Positions 12,628-22,874 of a stretch of DNA of 64,000 nt are shown here, piece by piece. A model generated the notes under the pieces. It did not search any database, was not told the origin of the DNA, and was given only the letters and a program-made list of their open reading frames with translations. How positions within the stretch are numbered: the stretch's first letter is position 1; each line of letters begins with the position of its first letter. The position numbers and the translations under genes are program-made. The DNA lies in assembly GCA_050084985.1 (NCBI GenBank), contig JBITNC010000001.1, forward strand, positions 185,442,001 through 185,506,000. The letters are read 5' to 3'. The DNA is from Nageia nagi. Its lineage: Eukaryota > Plantae > Pinophyta.

Positions 12628-15498
12628 TTACTCCTTAAGACCAATCCAAGTTGAGCAAAAGCCCAACTTCTCCTTTGTAACAACTTTAGTGAACATGTCC
12701 GTAGGATTTTGAGACGTGTGAATCTTCCCCAAACTAACTGAACCATCCTCCAACATTGCCCTGATGAAGTGATACCTCAATTTGATATGCTTGGTTCTCG
12801 AATGGAAGGCTGAGTTCTTTGCAAGATGAATGGCACTCTGGCTATCGCTCCATAGCTTCGCATCCTCCTGCACCTTTCCCAGTTCCTCCATCAATCTCTT
12901 TAACCAAATCAATTCTTTACTTGCCTCCGTGATCGCAACATACTCTACCTCAGTAGTGGAGAGAGCCACAACCTGTTGGAGCTTTGAAATCCAACTCACC
13001 GCTGTACCTCCAATGGTAAACACATATCCTGTAGTGCTTCTCCCACCATCTATATCACCTACCATGTCAGAATCAACATAACCTTCCAAACAAGAATTAG
13101 ATCCACCAAAACATAAAGAGTAATGAGAAGTACCCTTTAAATACCTAAGGATCCATTTAACTGCTTCCCAATGCCCTTTTCCTGGATTGTTCATGAATCT
13201 ACTAACCACTCCCACTGCTTGTGCTATATCTGGTCTAGTGCACACCATTGCATACATTAAACTTCCAACCGCTAAAGCATAAGGAACCTTAGTCATGTAC
13301 TCCTTTTCCTTATCTATCTTAGGACATAAATGTTTGGTGAGTTTAAAATGCTTTTCCAATGGTGTAGTTATAGATTTTGCATCTTTCATATTGAACCTTT
13401 TAAGAACCTTATCAATATAATCTTCTTGACTTAGTCTAAGCAAGTGGTTTTGTTTATCTCTTGTTATTTTCATTCCAAGTATTTGTTTAGTTTCACCCAA
13501 ATCCTTCATTTCAAAAGTATTAGCCAACTTTTCCTTAAGATCAACAATATCTTGCATACTAGATCCTGCTACCAACATATCATCCACATATAAAAGCAAG
13601 ATTACATAGTTGCCATTTGTTGTCTTCCTTACATACACACAATGATCAGATTGACATCTTACAAATTTATTTATTATCATGAAAGTGTCAAACTTATGAT
13701 ACCATTGCCTAGGTGCTTGCTTCAAACCGTACAAGCTCTTTTCCAATTTACATACATACCCTTCTTTACCTTTGACCTCAAAACCTTCGGGTTGATGCAT
13801 ATAAATATCCTCCTCCAAATCCCCATGAAGGAAAGCTGTCTTTACATCCAATTGTTCAAGAAACAAGTTTTCAGTACCAACAAGACTCAATATTGCTCTA
13901 ATCGAGGTCATTTTAACAACTGGAGAAAAGATCTCATCATAATCTATACCTTTTTTCTGTTCAAAACCTTTTACCACAAGTCTTGCCTTGTACCTTTGTC
14001 GCCCATCTACCTCTTCCTTTATCCTGTACACCCATTTGTTAGTAAGTGCCTTCTTACCCTCTGGAAGGTCAACCAAACTCCAAGTTTGATTCTTAAGTAA
14101 GGAGTCCATCTCCTCCTTCATAGCATGCTCCCACTTAATCTGTGTATCACCCTGCATAGCTTCATCAAAACATTCAGGTTCACCACCATCAGTATAAAGA
14201 ATATGATAAAGAGCAGGAGAGTATCGTTCAGGAGGATTTCTAGTCCTTGAGGACCTTCTAAGTGACAAAGTTTGAGGTGTTTGTGGTGGAGGTGCTTGAA
14301 CATTATTATTATCAGGACCCTTATATTGATCAACATCTTCTAGAGATACAAACTTGGGTTCCTCAACATTTTGCAATCTATCTTTATACATGCTTTTCTC
14401 ATTGAATACAACATCTCTACTTCTAATGATTTTATGGTTATCAACATCCCATAACCTATATCCCAAATCATTAACACCATATCCAACAAAATAGCATTTT
14501 TGTGATTTTGCATCAAGTTTCTTTCTATCCTCTTTATCAACATGTGCAAAAGCCTCACAACCAAAGACTCTCAAGAATGAGTAATTCACCTTTTTACCTG
14601 TCCACATCTCCTCTGGAATGCCTCCATCTAAAGCCATAGATGGACCCCTGTTAATCAAATAAACAGTAGTGTCAATAGCATCAGCCCAAAGATTCAAAGA
14701 AAACCCAGCATGTATCCTCATACTTCTAGCCCTTTCCAAGATAGTCCTATTCATTCTTTCTGCAACCCCATTTTCCTGTGGAGTTCTAGGAACCACCTTA
14801 ATCCTTCTAATGCCATTGTGTGAACAAAATGAATCAAACTCATTATTGCAAAATTCCCCACCATTATCGGACTTAAGACATTTCAACTTATAATTAGTTT
14901 CATTCTCAACCAATGCCTTCCACCTCTTAAATGTTTCAAACACATCAGATTTCTTTTTAATACAGTATACCCATGTCTTCTTGGTACAATCATCAATAAA
15001 AGTGACAAAATAAGATGAGTCCCCAAGTGAGCAAACCTGTGCAGGACCCCACACATCTGTATGAACAAGCTCTAATTTGTGACTCTTCTTTTCTTTGCCA
15101 ACTTTAAGAAAATTAACCCTTTTTTGTTTTCCATACACACAATCTTCACAAAATCCTAAATCAACTTCTTTAAGATTAGGGAGTGAACCATTAGAGTGTA
15201 ACATTTTCATACCTTTCTCACTCATATGTACAAGTCTATTATGCCATAGTGATGTATCATTGCCTATTGAAACAAGATTCAATGAATAATCAAAGACATT
15301 TGTGAGCAAATAAAGAGACCCCACCAAATTTCCCTTTGCAAATACCATTGAACCTTTAGTTACTTTCCAACTAGCATCCCCGAATGTCATCACATAGCCC
15401 TCCTTATCCAATTTACTTGTTGATATAAGATTTCTTTTAAGATCCGGAATGTGTCTAACTTCATTAAGAGTCCATTTTGTTCCATTAGGTAATTTCAT
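12628..15498 (-). CDS. pol: Copia Pol (protease C-terminus, GAG-pre-integrase, integrase, RT, RNase H); frame is open back to ~15585
   Basis: 956-aa ORF: LWHNRLVH..C..C, HTDVWG, SDNGGEF, ENGVAER, YKARLVVKGF, LDVKTAFLHG, LLYVDD, DSQSAI. Confidence 0.95.
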   Translation of the reverse strand: MKLPNGTKWTLNEVRHIPDLKRNLISTSKLDKEGYVMTFGDASWKVTKGSMVFAKGNLVGSLYLLTNVFDYSLNLVSIGNDTSLWHNRLVHMSEKGMKMLHSNGSLPNLKEVDLGFCEDCVYGKQKRVNFLKVGKEKKSHKLELVHTDVWGPAQVCSLGDSSYFVTFIDDCTKKTWVYCIKKKSDVFETFKRWKALVENETNYKLKCLKSDNGGEFCNNEFDSFCSHNGIRRIKVVPRTPQENGVAERMNRTILERARSMRIHAGFSLNLWADAIDTTVYLINRGPSMALDGGIPEEMWTGKKVNYSFLRVFGCEAFAHVDKEDRKKLDAKSQKCYFVGYGVNDLGYRLWDVDNHKIIRSRDVVFNEKSMYKDRLQNVEEPKFVSLEDVDQYKGPDNNNVQAPPPQTPQTLSLRRSSRTRNPPERYSPALYHILYTDGGEPECFDEAMQGDTQIKWEHAMKEEMDSLLKNQTWSLVDLPEGKKALTNKWVYRIKEEVDGRQRYKARLVVKGFEQKKGIDYDEIFSPVVKMTSIRAILSLVGTENLFLEQLDVKTAFLHGDLEEDIYMHQPEGFEVKGKEGYVCKLEKSLYGLKQAPRQWYHKFDTFMIINKFVRCQSDHCVYVRKTTNGNYVILLLYVDDMLVAGSSMQDIVDLKEKLANTFEMKDLGETKQILGMKITRDKQNHLLRLSQEDYIDKVLKRFNMKDAKSITTPLEKHFKLTKHLCPKIDKEKEYMTKVPYALAVGSLMYAMVCTRPDIAQAVGVVSRFMNNPGKGHWEAVKWILRYLKGTSHYSLCFGGSNSCLEGYVDSDMVGDIDGGRSTTGYVFTIGGTAVSWISKLQQVVALSTTEVEYVAITEASKELIWLKRLMEELGKVQEDAKLWSDSQSAIHLAKNSAFHSRTKHIKLRYHFIRAMLEDGSVSLGKIHTSQNPTDMFTKVVTKEKLGFCSTWIGLKE

Positions 15499-15542
15499 TG
15501 TTATATTGCCAATACCAACAATCTTGCATGGGTGTTCATTAC

Positions 15543-16505
15543 CTAATAATACTTGACCAAAGTCACCATGTGTGTAATTTGAAAATAGTTCTTATGTGGA
15601 GTAACATGATATGAAGCACCCGAATCAAGAACCCAATAATCATCATTCTTTTCATTAGACATGATTAAAGCATCTTGAATTAATTCACCAACAATATTTG
15701 CCTCTTGGTTACTTGTGCTTTCATTATTATAATTACTACTTTCACTTTCTTTTCCTTTTCTATTCCAACAATCCCTTTTAATGTGACCCTTTTTACCACA
15801 ATGCCAACATTCCAATTTAGTTTTACCTTTTGATTTTGACCTTCCTTGCGATTTGCTTCTTGACTTGCTTCTCCTTCTTTCCTTTGATCTTCCTCTTGCC
15901 TCTACTGTGAAAGCAGCATTGGAGCATTCTCCCGTGGACTTTCTCCTCATGTCCTCACTTAGAATTGTTCCAACAACTTCATCAAAGATCAATTTTGCAT
16001 TAGAAGAAGAATTACTAACAGCCATAACAAAGCTATTCCAACTATCCGGAAGTGAACATAGAATTAACAAAGCCCTTACTTCATCTTCAAATTCTAAACT
16101 TACTGAAGTTAATTGATTTGTGATTGTGTTGAATTCATTAACATGGTCCTGAACTGAACTACCTTCATTCATCTTCATGTTAAACAATTTCTTCATTAAG
16201 TGTACTTTGTTTGAGGTAGATGGTTTTTCATACATTTTAGCAAGCTTATCCATTACACCTTTAGTAGTTTTTTCATTGGAAATATTGAAAGCTACACTAG
16301 AACTTAAACAAAGTCTTACAGCTCCCAATGCCTTTCTATCTAATAAGTTCCATTCTTCATCACTCATAGAAGTGGGTTTCTTACTCTTATCTTCTAGAGG
16401 TTGATAGAGATACTTTTGGTAGAGGTAATCTTCCATTTGCATTTTCCAAAACTGAAAACCTTGCCCATTAAATATTTCCACCTTCAGCCTCCCTTCTTCT
16501 GCCAT
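15543..16505 (-). CDS. gag: Copia Gag plus N-terminal half of the protease (ends after a frameshift)
   Basis: MAEEGRLKVEIFNG..FWKMQMEDYL; CWHCGKKGHIKRDC zinc knuckle; WVLDSGASYH protease active site; frame lost at ~15585. Confidence 0.9.
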   Translation of the reverse strand: MAEEGRLKVEIFNGQGFQFWKMQMEDYLYQKYLYQPLEDKSKKPTSMSDEEWNLLDRKALGAVRLCLSSSVAFNISNEKTTKGVMDKLAKMYEKPSTSNKVHLMKKLFNMKMNEGSSVQDHVNEFNTITNQLTSVSLEFEDEVRALLILCSLPDSWNSFVMAVSNSSSNAKLIFDEVVGTILSEDMRRKSTGECSNAAFTVEARGRSKERRRSKSRSKSQGRSKSKGKTKLECWHCGKKGHIKRDCWNRKGKESESSNYNNESTSNQEANIVGELIQDALIMSNEKNDDYWVLDSGASYHVTPHKNYFQITHMVTLVKYY

Positions 16506-16570
16506 AGTGCTCTTCCTGGTTTCCAATCTACACACAAGATTCACCAACAAAATCCCAACACAACAACAAT

Positions 16571-16581
16571 CTCTGATACCA
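16571..16581 (-). promoter_or_regulatory. Primer binding site (tRNA-iMet)
   Basis: Minus strand TGGTATCAGAG, 2 nt downstream of the 5' LTR. Confidence 0.95.
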
Positions 16582-16583
16582 CT

Positions 16584-17118
16584 TGTTAGGATTTAATAAG
16601 TTTATATAAGCAAGAGCATCAATAATTCTCTTACTCCTTAGCAAAAGAAACAACATTCAAAGCATACTACTGAAATCAAATAACCATGGACATCAATCAC
16701 ACAAAGAGAGACACAAGAGATAACATGGTTCACCCAATGTAGGCTACATCCACGGAGAAGCTTTCAACCCTTTTACATATCATTCTTCAAAGTCCTCCAA
16801 GTAACAAACCAGCAGCATAACCTTGCTACAATCTTCACTTTGGAGTTACAACAAAACCTCACTACAATCTCTCTCTCAATAATCACAATCTACTTCACAA
16901 TTGCTATCAAAACTACAATACTACATGCCTCAACTCAAGCCTCTTATTTATAGGTACAAACTAACCCAACTTAAACCCAAGTTGGATCAGGAAGGTTGTT
17001 AGGTAACCCCCAACCCTTCTATAACTGATAACCAGGTGTCATGGCTTCTTGGCAACTGAAAAATGAGAAAGAAACTGCTCTCTGTTTTCTAGCCGGTTGT
17101 AGTCTCCATTTTCTAACA
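16584..17118 (-). repeat. 5' LTR of the Tork-like copia
   Basis: Adjacent to the PBS; TG..CA termini; minus-strand CTATAAATA box near 16945-16953. Confidence 0.97.
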
Positions 17119-17249
17119 GTTAAATGCTTGATGGTTAGTTCTATTTATTAGTTATGTACAACTATTATTATGCTACTTGCAATCATGATTGAAAAATCAT
17201 ATATTAATGATTCTCGTGCTTTAATCAATTAACCTTTCATTTGTAGAAA

Positions 17250-20200
17250 TAGGAGATTCCTTTGCACCTAAGCACATCCTTGATAGTTACAACTATGGTA
17301 TTTGGGAACTAATGATGAAAGAAGAAACCTTGGCAAATGATGAGTGAGAATCAAGTCATCCCAATAAAAGCTAAAGCATTGGAGGTCCACAACTACAAGA
17401 ATGAGTTGGTAACTTCTATGATCTTTAGGGTAGTTTGAGATGAAATTCTCCTCATGATTTTGACCTTAACATCCAACAAAGAAGCTTGGGATAGGCTTAA
17501 AAAGATCTGCCTTGGGTATACATTTTTAAAGATATTCACCATCCTTCAAAAGCTCTTGCAATCTAGATAAAAGGAGGATGAAAGTGTGGTAATATACTTG
17601 AATAAGATTATTAATCTAAAGAATCAGCTTGTGAGTTGTGGATGTAATTGGATCAATGATAAATTCATGGTGTTCATCATCTTACAAAGCCTCTCAACTA
17701 AGTTTATTCACTTCATGACTATTATTTAGACTAGGCTTGATGATGAAGAGGAAGTCTTCTCTATAGAAAATCTTTTTAGACTCCTCTTAAAGCATCAAGA
17801 GACCATCAACAAGAAGGTCATATTTATTTCTTCTCCAAAGGAGTAAAATGTTACTTTAGATGCAACTAAGATGACTCCAAGAATATGTTCAAATATCATA
17901 ACAAGGCCCCTTTTGATCATCCTAGAAGAAATAAAAAGAAGAATGCCAATAATCATCATGATCATGAAGGAAAGTAAAAAAAACCTCATGTGCATAAGGA
18001 AATATTTGATGGAAATTGTAACTTTTATGGCATATATGGTCACAAAGAGAACCATTGCTTCAAGAAAAAGAAAGATGAAAATGGAAAAGGCAAAGATAAT
18101 GTGAATAATTTCAAAGGAAAGAAGAATAAGAAAAGTAATTATGTTTGTGATCTTTATTCCAAGTCTCATACCTTTTCAAATGATTGGCTAGTGGATTCAG
18201 GTTGCACTAATCATATGAGATTTGAAAAAAATAAGTTTGAAAAATTTCATAAACATAGGAAGGATGTGGTAGTAATAGGAGATAACTATATGCTAGAAGT
18301 TCAAAGGATTGGAAGCATTTTGATGCATGGAAAGGTGATTGAAAATGTGATTTTTTATGCCTAATTTAGGGATGAATCTTTTATTAGCTATTCAAAAAAG
18401 GGATATATACCTTTGAGTTCAATTCGAAGTCTTAAAGTTTAAGGAAAGGGTTTACCATCTTGTTAAAAGGATTAGTTAAGAATAACCTTTATATAGTTGA
18501 TCAAGTGCCTACCAAGTTGTGCCTAGCTTCTAATATTTATTCTAAAAGTAACCTTTGGCATCAACATTTAAGCCACCTAAACCATACAAGTATTCAACTC
18601 ATGAAGGATCAAGATCTTTTGATAAGATTGCCTTCTATATCCCCCTCTATCAACCTTTGTGAAAATTACATCTTAGGGAAGATGAAAAGGAAAAAATTCG
18701 AGAAAGAAAAGGAAACTAGAGCATATTTATCTCTCCAATTGATACACTCAAATTTGATGGGTCATTTTCAAACTAATTCACTTGGAGGAATATCTTATGT
18801 CCTTACTTTTATTAATGACTTTACTAGGATGACTTTTAGGTATTTACTAGCGCATAAAGATCAAACCTTTGATATTTTCAAGGAGTTCATGGCCTTAGTT
18901 GAAAATCAAACCAATATAAAAATTAAGATGCTAAGATTGGATAATGGAGGTGAATATATAAGCAATGAGTTCAATAACTTTTGTGCAAATTATGAGATTA
19001 AAATATATTTTACTATCCCTTATACTTTGTAATAGAATGGTGTTGTTGAAAGGTAGAATAAGACTATAATAGAGATGGCTAGATGCATGATCGAAAATCT
19101 TCCTATGAATTAATGGGTTGAAGCTATGAGCATTTCTATTTACACCTTGAATAAGTGTCCCATAAAAATAGTTGAAGGAAAAAATCTTATACGAGGTATG
19201 GATAGGAAGGAAACTTGATATATCACATCTACGGGCCTTTGTATGTGAAGTTTTTTCCTTCATAGTTTTTGAGAAAAGGAAGAAGTTGGATAATAACTCA
19301 GAAAAATGCATCTTTGTAGGATATGATAGTCAACATAGAGCATATAGGCTCTTCTCTCTTTTAGAAAAAGTAGTTATTATTTCAAGGGATGTCAAGTTAA
19401 ATGAGGTTCCTAATGACTCTTCTTCAAGTAAAGTCTTTGAAGACTCTTCAAAAATTTCTAAGTGGTTGGATATCTCTTCAAATAAGTTGCATCAAAAGAA
19501 AAAAATCTCCAAATCTAAGGATAACTAGAAGAATGACTTTAAATAAGTCTCTCCTTGCTAAAATAAAAAATCATAATGAGTCTTCATCCTTTAAGGAGGC
19601 ATCTAAACATGCTTGTTAGATGGATGCCATGAATTTGTAATGTGAGGCACTTACAAAAAATAGAACTTGAGACTTAGTTCAATATTCATCCTTAAAGAAT
19701 ATAATCAAGGACAAGTGGATTTATAAGATCAAGTATAATTTAGAGGGTAAAATTAAGAAATATAAGGCAAGGTTGGTAGCTAAGGGTTTTGCTCAAAAGT
19801 ATGGAATTGATTATAAGAAAAACTTTTTCTTCAATAACAAATATGGCTACAATTAGATTAATTCTTTTCCTTTTAGTAGCTTAAGGCTGGAAGGGAAGAG
19901 TGCATTTCTTAATGGTGACTTATATGTTGAAATTTGAACGAGTCAACCAAAAGGGTTTATTGTGCAAGGGAAAGAGTCCCATGTATGCAATCTAAAGAAG
20001 TCTTTGTATGGAATAAAGAAATGATCAAGAGCATGGTAAAAGAAGTTTTAAGGGTATTTTGAGATTCTTGGGTTCTACAAATGCTACTTAGATTCAAATC
20101 TTTATGTGCTTAATGAAGAAAAAGACTTGGTATTAATTATTCTCTATGTGGATGATATTTTGATCATAGGGAATAATATTGTGATCATAAATGAGTGCAT

Positions 20201-21575
20201 AACTAAACTTAAGGCAAAATATAAGATTACTGATCTTGGTGTCTTGTATTAGTACCTTAGTATGCAAGTGTATCAATGTAATGATTGTACCTACCTTACT
20301 TAGTCCAAATACATCTAAGATATTTTACAAAAGTTTGGAATGGAAGAGTGTAAGCTTATGGCTATTCTTGTTACTCCTGAAATCAAGATTGAGACTAGTT
20401 CAAACTCTTAGTTGGTAGATGCTACAGAGTACCAATAACTTATTGTTAGTATTCATTCTTTGACTTATCTCTAGGCCAAATATTACCTATGTAGTGAATA
20501 TGATGGTAAGGTTTATGTTGATGGAATTAAAGGATTCCATATAACCAAGATCACCTTGAAGTTTCTCCAACAAATCTACCATTCTTCCATCTAGCAAAGT
20601 AAGAAATAATCACACAAAAGATAACACATAATGTATAGTGGTTCTTCCATCTCTTGGGATTACATCCACTTTGAACCATCATTCTATTACTTTCTTAGAA
20701 GATAACTCTCCAACAAATTCTCAAAAAAAATCCTACAAGAGCATCTCTACAATATAACCATTACCATGTTTTATCAAGTTAGATTAGGTAACATAATGAG
20801 AGGAGTAACTCTCTATTTATAAGAACTAACCAACCCTTTAATCTTCTTTTTACACAAGGGTAAGGTTAAAGGTGTTTTTTATTTTATCCTCTTTCTATAT
20901 TTATTCCCTCAATGCTTTAAGGTATCTAAAGATACTTTAAATATTAAGTGAATTTATATTAAAGAGAAATATTACACAATATTACATTACAATTTCTAAC
21001 ATATGTAAAAGCCTTATGTTGATCATATTTACGCTGCTAAGAAGCTTTTGAGGTATATTATGAGAATAAAGGATCTTTCTCTCAAGTTTACCAAGTTGCC
21101 TTCTTTTATTCTCGTAGGGTTCTTTGGTTCAAACTATGGGGGTGAAAGAGATAATACAAAATCCACTTCTACTTATGTGTTTAATATTGGATCAAGTTCT
21201 ATCTCTTGGTCTTCCAATAAGCATCCTATAGTCACTATGTCTACCATAGAAGCAAAATATAGAGCTATGACTATTGCAACCCAGGAAGTGATTTGGCTTA
21301 AGGCATATTATGAAAGAAATTGGGTGTGAGTAGGTTGGCCTATCTTTGATATATTTGGATAATAAATATGCCATTTCTTTGGTCAAATGCCCCATGTTCC
21401 ATTAGATAATAAAAAATGTCAAAATCTAAGTACATTTCATCAGGGAGAAAGTTCCGGATAACACCTTGCAGTTTCAGTATTGTCCATCAAACAAAAACTC
21501 CATTGATTTATTTACCAAGACCTTTTTAGAAACTTAATTTTGTAAGCTTTGGGGGTATCTTAGGATGCTAAAGTT
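17250..21575 (+). pseudogene. Decayed copia gag-PR-IN-RT-RH
   Basis: gag ILDSYNYGIWELMM; zinc knuckle CNFYGIYGHKENHC; protease WLVDSGCTNH; LWHQHLSHLN; integrase LRLDNGGEY and KCIFVGYD; [12 protein letters not shown] and LYVDD; RNaseH STIEAKYRA; many stops. Confidence 0.9.
20519..21001 (-). mobile_element. Solo LTR (483 bp) inserted in the RT region of the old copia
   Basis: TG..CA ends; TSD TATGT at 20514-20518 and 21002-21006; shares motifs with the Tork-like LTR. Confidence 0.85.
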
Positions 21576-21714
21576 TCCATCAAGGGGAATTGGAGTTTGA
21601 ATTCTTATTGAATTCATTTTTTTCATGACAACTTCATCTCTATAAGGATCTTTTGGTTGTATAGTGTTGATCTTTATGTACACCTTTATTTTTTAGTTCT
21701 CCATGTGTGAGGAA

Positions 21715-21960
21715 CTACTATATGCATGTTGGCATTATTTAGTCATCCACATGAGATGAAATTGTTTGTACAATTCTTGAAATATTTATTTTTTCATGTA
21801 TGAAAAACTAGTATTTGCATATTGGCATTATTTAGTTATCCACATGAGATGAACTTCTTTCTATACTTCTTGCATGGTTTAGTTATATATGTTTAAGGAA
21901 ATAGTATATGCATGCTGACACTATTTAGTTATCCATATGTGAAGAACTATTATGTGTATG
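21715..21960. repeat. ~93-bp degenerate tandem repeat (about 3 copies) in the copia 3' UTR
   Basis: tgcat(g/a)ttggcattatttagt(c/t)atccacatg recurs near 21723, 21816 and 21909. Confidence 0.7.
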
Positions 21961-22381
21961 ATTGTATGTATATTATATTTTTTAATAATGATTATCAATA
22001 CATGTGTTTATTATACAATAGGTGGCTATGATTTTGTTTGGCATCTTTGTGATGACTTATAATCCATCATTTGATTAATTTATAGATGGTATTATTTGAT
22101 TCATTTATCTTATATTTATATGAATGTATGATTCATCTATCTAATATTGTGTATAATCTTCTTATAGCTTTCAAGTTTCTTCTTAAGATTGCAGGTTACT
22201 TACTTTGAGTATGCAGGCTCATCATATCAACTTCTTGTACTTTGAAATCATTTATGGTAAATGGTTATTATATTGTAAACCATTTGTTAAAATGGTTAAG
22301 TAGTTGAGCCTTATTTAGGATATATTACTTTCCAAGGTGTAAAGTTATTATCTTCAATATTATTGAGAAGAACTCTCTTAG

Positions 22382-22400
22382 TCTCTCTCTCTCTCTCTCT
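22382..22400. repeat. (TC)n microsatellite
   Basis: Uninterrupted tctctc... run. Confidence 0.9.
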
Positions 22401-22440
22401 ATCTTCTCTACTATCTACCTAATATTGCATTAAGTGGGAG

Positions 22441-22869
22441 TGTTAGAATTTCTAATGCATTATTATTTGGTATCTAAAATGTAACTCATTTATTTAATTA
22501 ATTTAAATAATTAAAAGTATTTATAAATACCTTTTAGTATTTAAGGAATTAAATAAGTGCAACTTGACCATTCTCACCTCATATAAACCTTGGGTAGAAA
22601 GGTGAGCTAAGGTGGGGTTCTCTCCTATAAATAGAGGGCCTGGCCTTTTTGTAAATACATATGAATGGAGAAAAGTTATGTTCACACTTTTTAGGTTGAT
22701 AGGATGAGAGAGAGGTTGTAAGCATTGTAAAAATTATATTTGATAAGTAAATATCTTCAGTTAAAATGGAGTACTCTCATCCTTGAGAGGAACCACTATA
22801 ATTGCTAGTGTCACTTTGTGAATGTTAGTGTATTTGTGTTGTTATAGTGTGAGATTCATTTTTGTTAAT
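22441..22869 (+). repeat. 3' LTR of the old copia
   Basis: PPT immediately upstream; TGTTAG start; CTATAAATAG box; degenerate ...gttaat(a) end followed by the TSD. Confidence 0.8.
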
Positions 22870-22874
22870 AAGAG

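Larger units (their letters stand above)
12033..17118 (-). mobile_element. Young near-intact Ty1/copia element, Tork/Tnt1-like lineage
   Basis: Two 535-bp TG..CA LTRs with 7 mismatches; TSD GTTAA at 12028-12032 and 17119-17123; iMet PBS; PPT; gag-pol with one frameshift. Lineage assigned from remembered gag/pol motifs. Confidence 0.97.
10078..22869 (+). mobile_element. Old Ty1/copia LTR retrotransposon with nested insertions and truncated 5' LTR
   Basis: 5' LTR starts TGTTAGAA at 10078 and matches the 3' LTR at 22441 for ~220 bp; PPT ttgcattaagtgggag before 22441; flanks AAGAG at 10073-10077 and 22870-22874. Confidence 0.85.

Noticed and set aside
15575-15595. Programmed ribosomal frameshift between gag and pol
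   Set aside because: The shift lies inside the protease after the catalytic motif, there is no X XXY YYZ slippery heptamer, and this lineage normally has a single ORF.
12830-16589. Plus-strand ORFs over the Tork-like element
   Set aside because: Antisense shadows of gag-pol with no independent coding signal.
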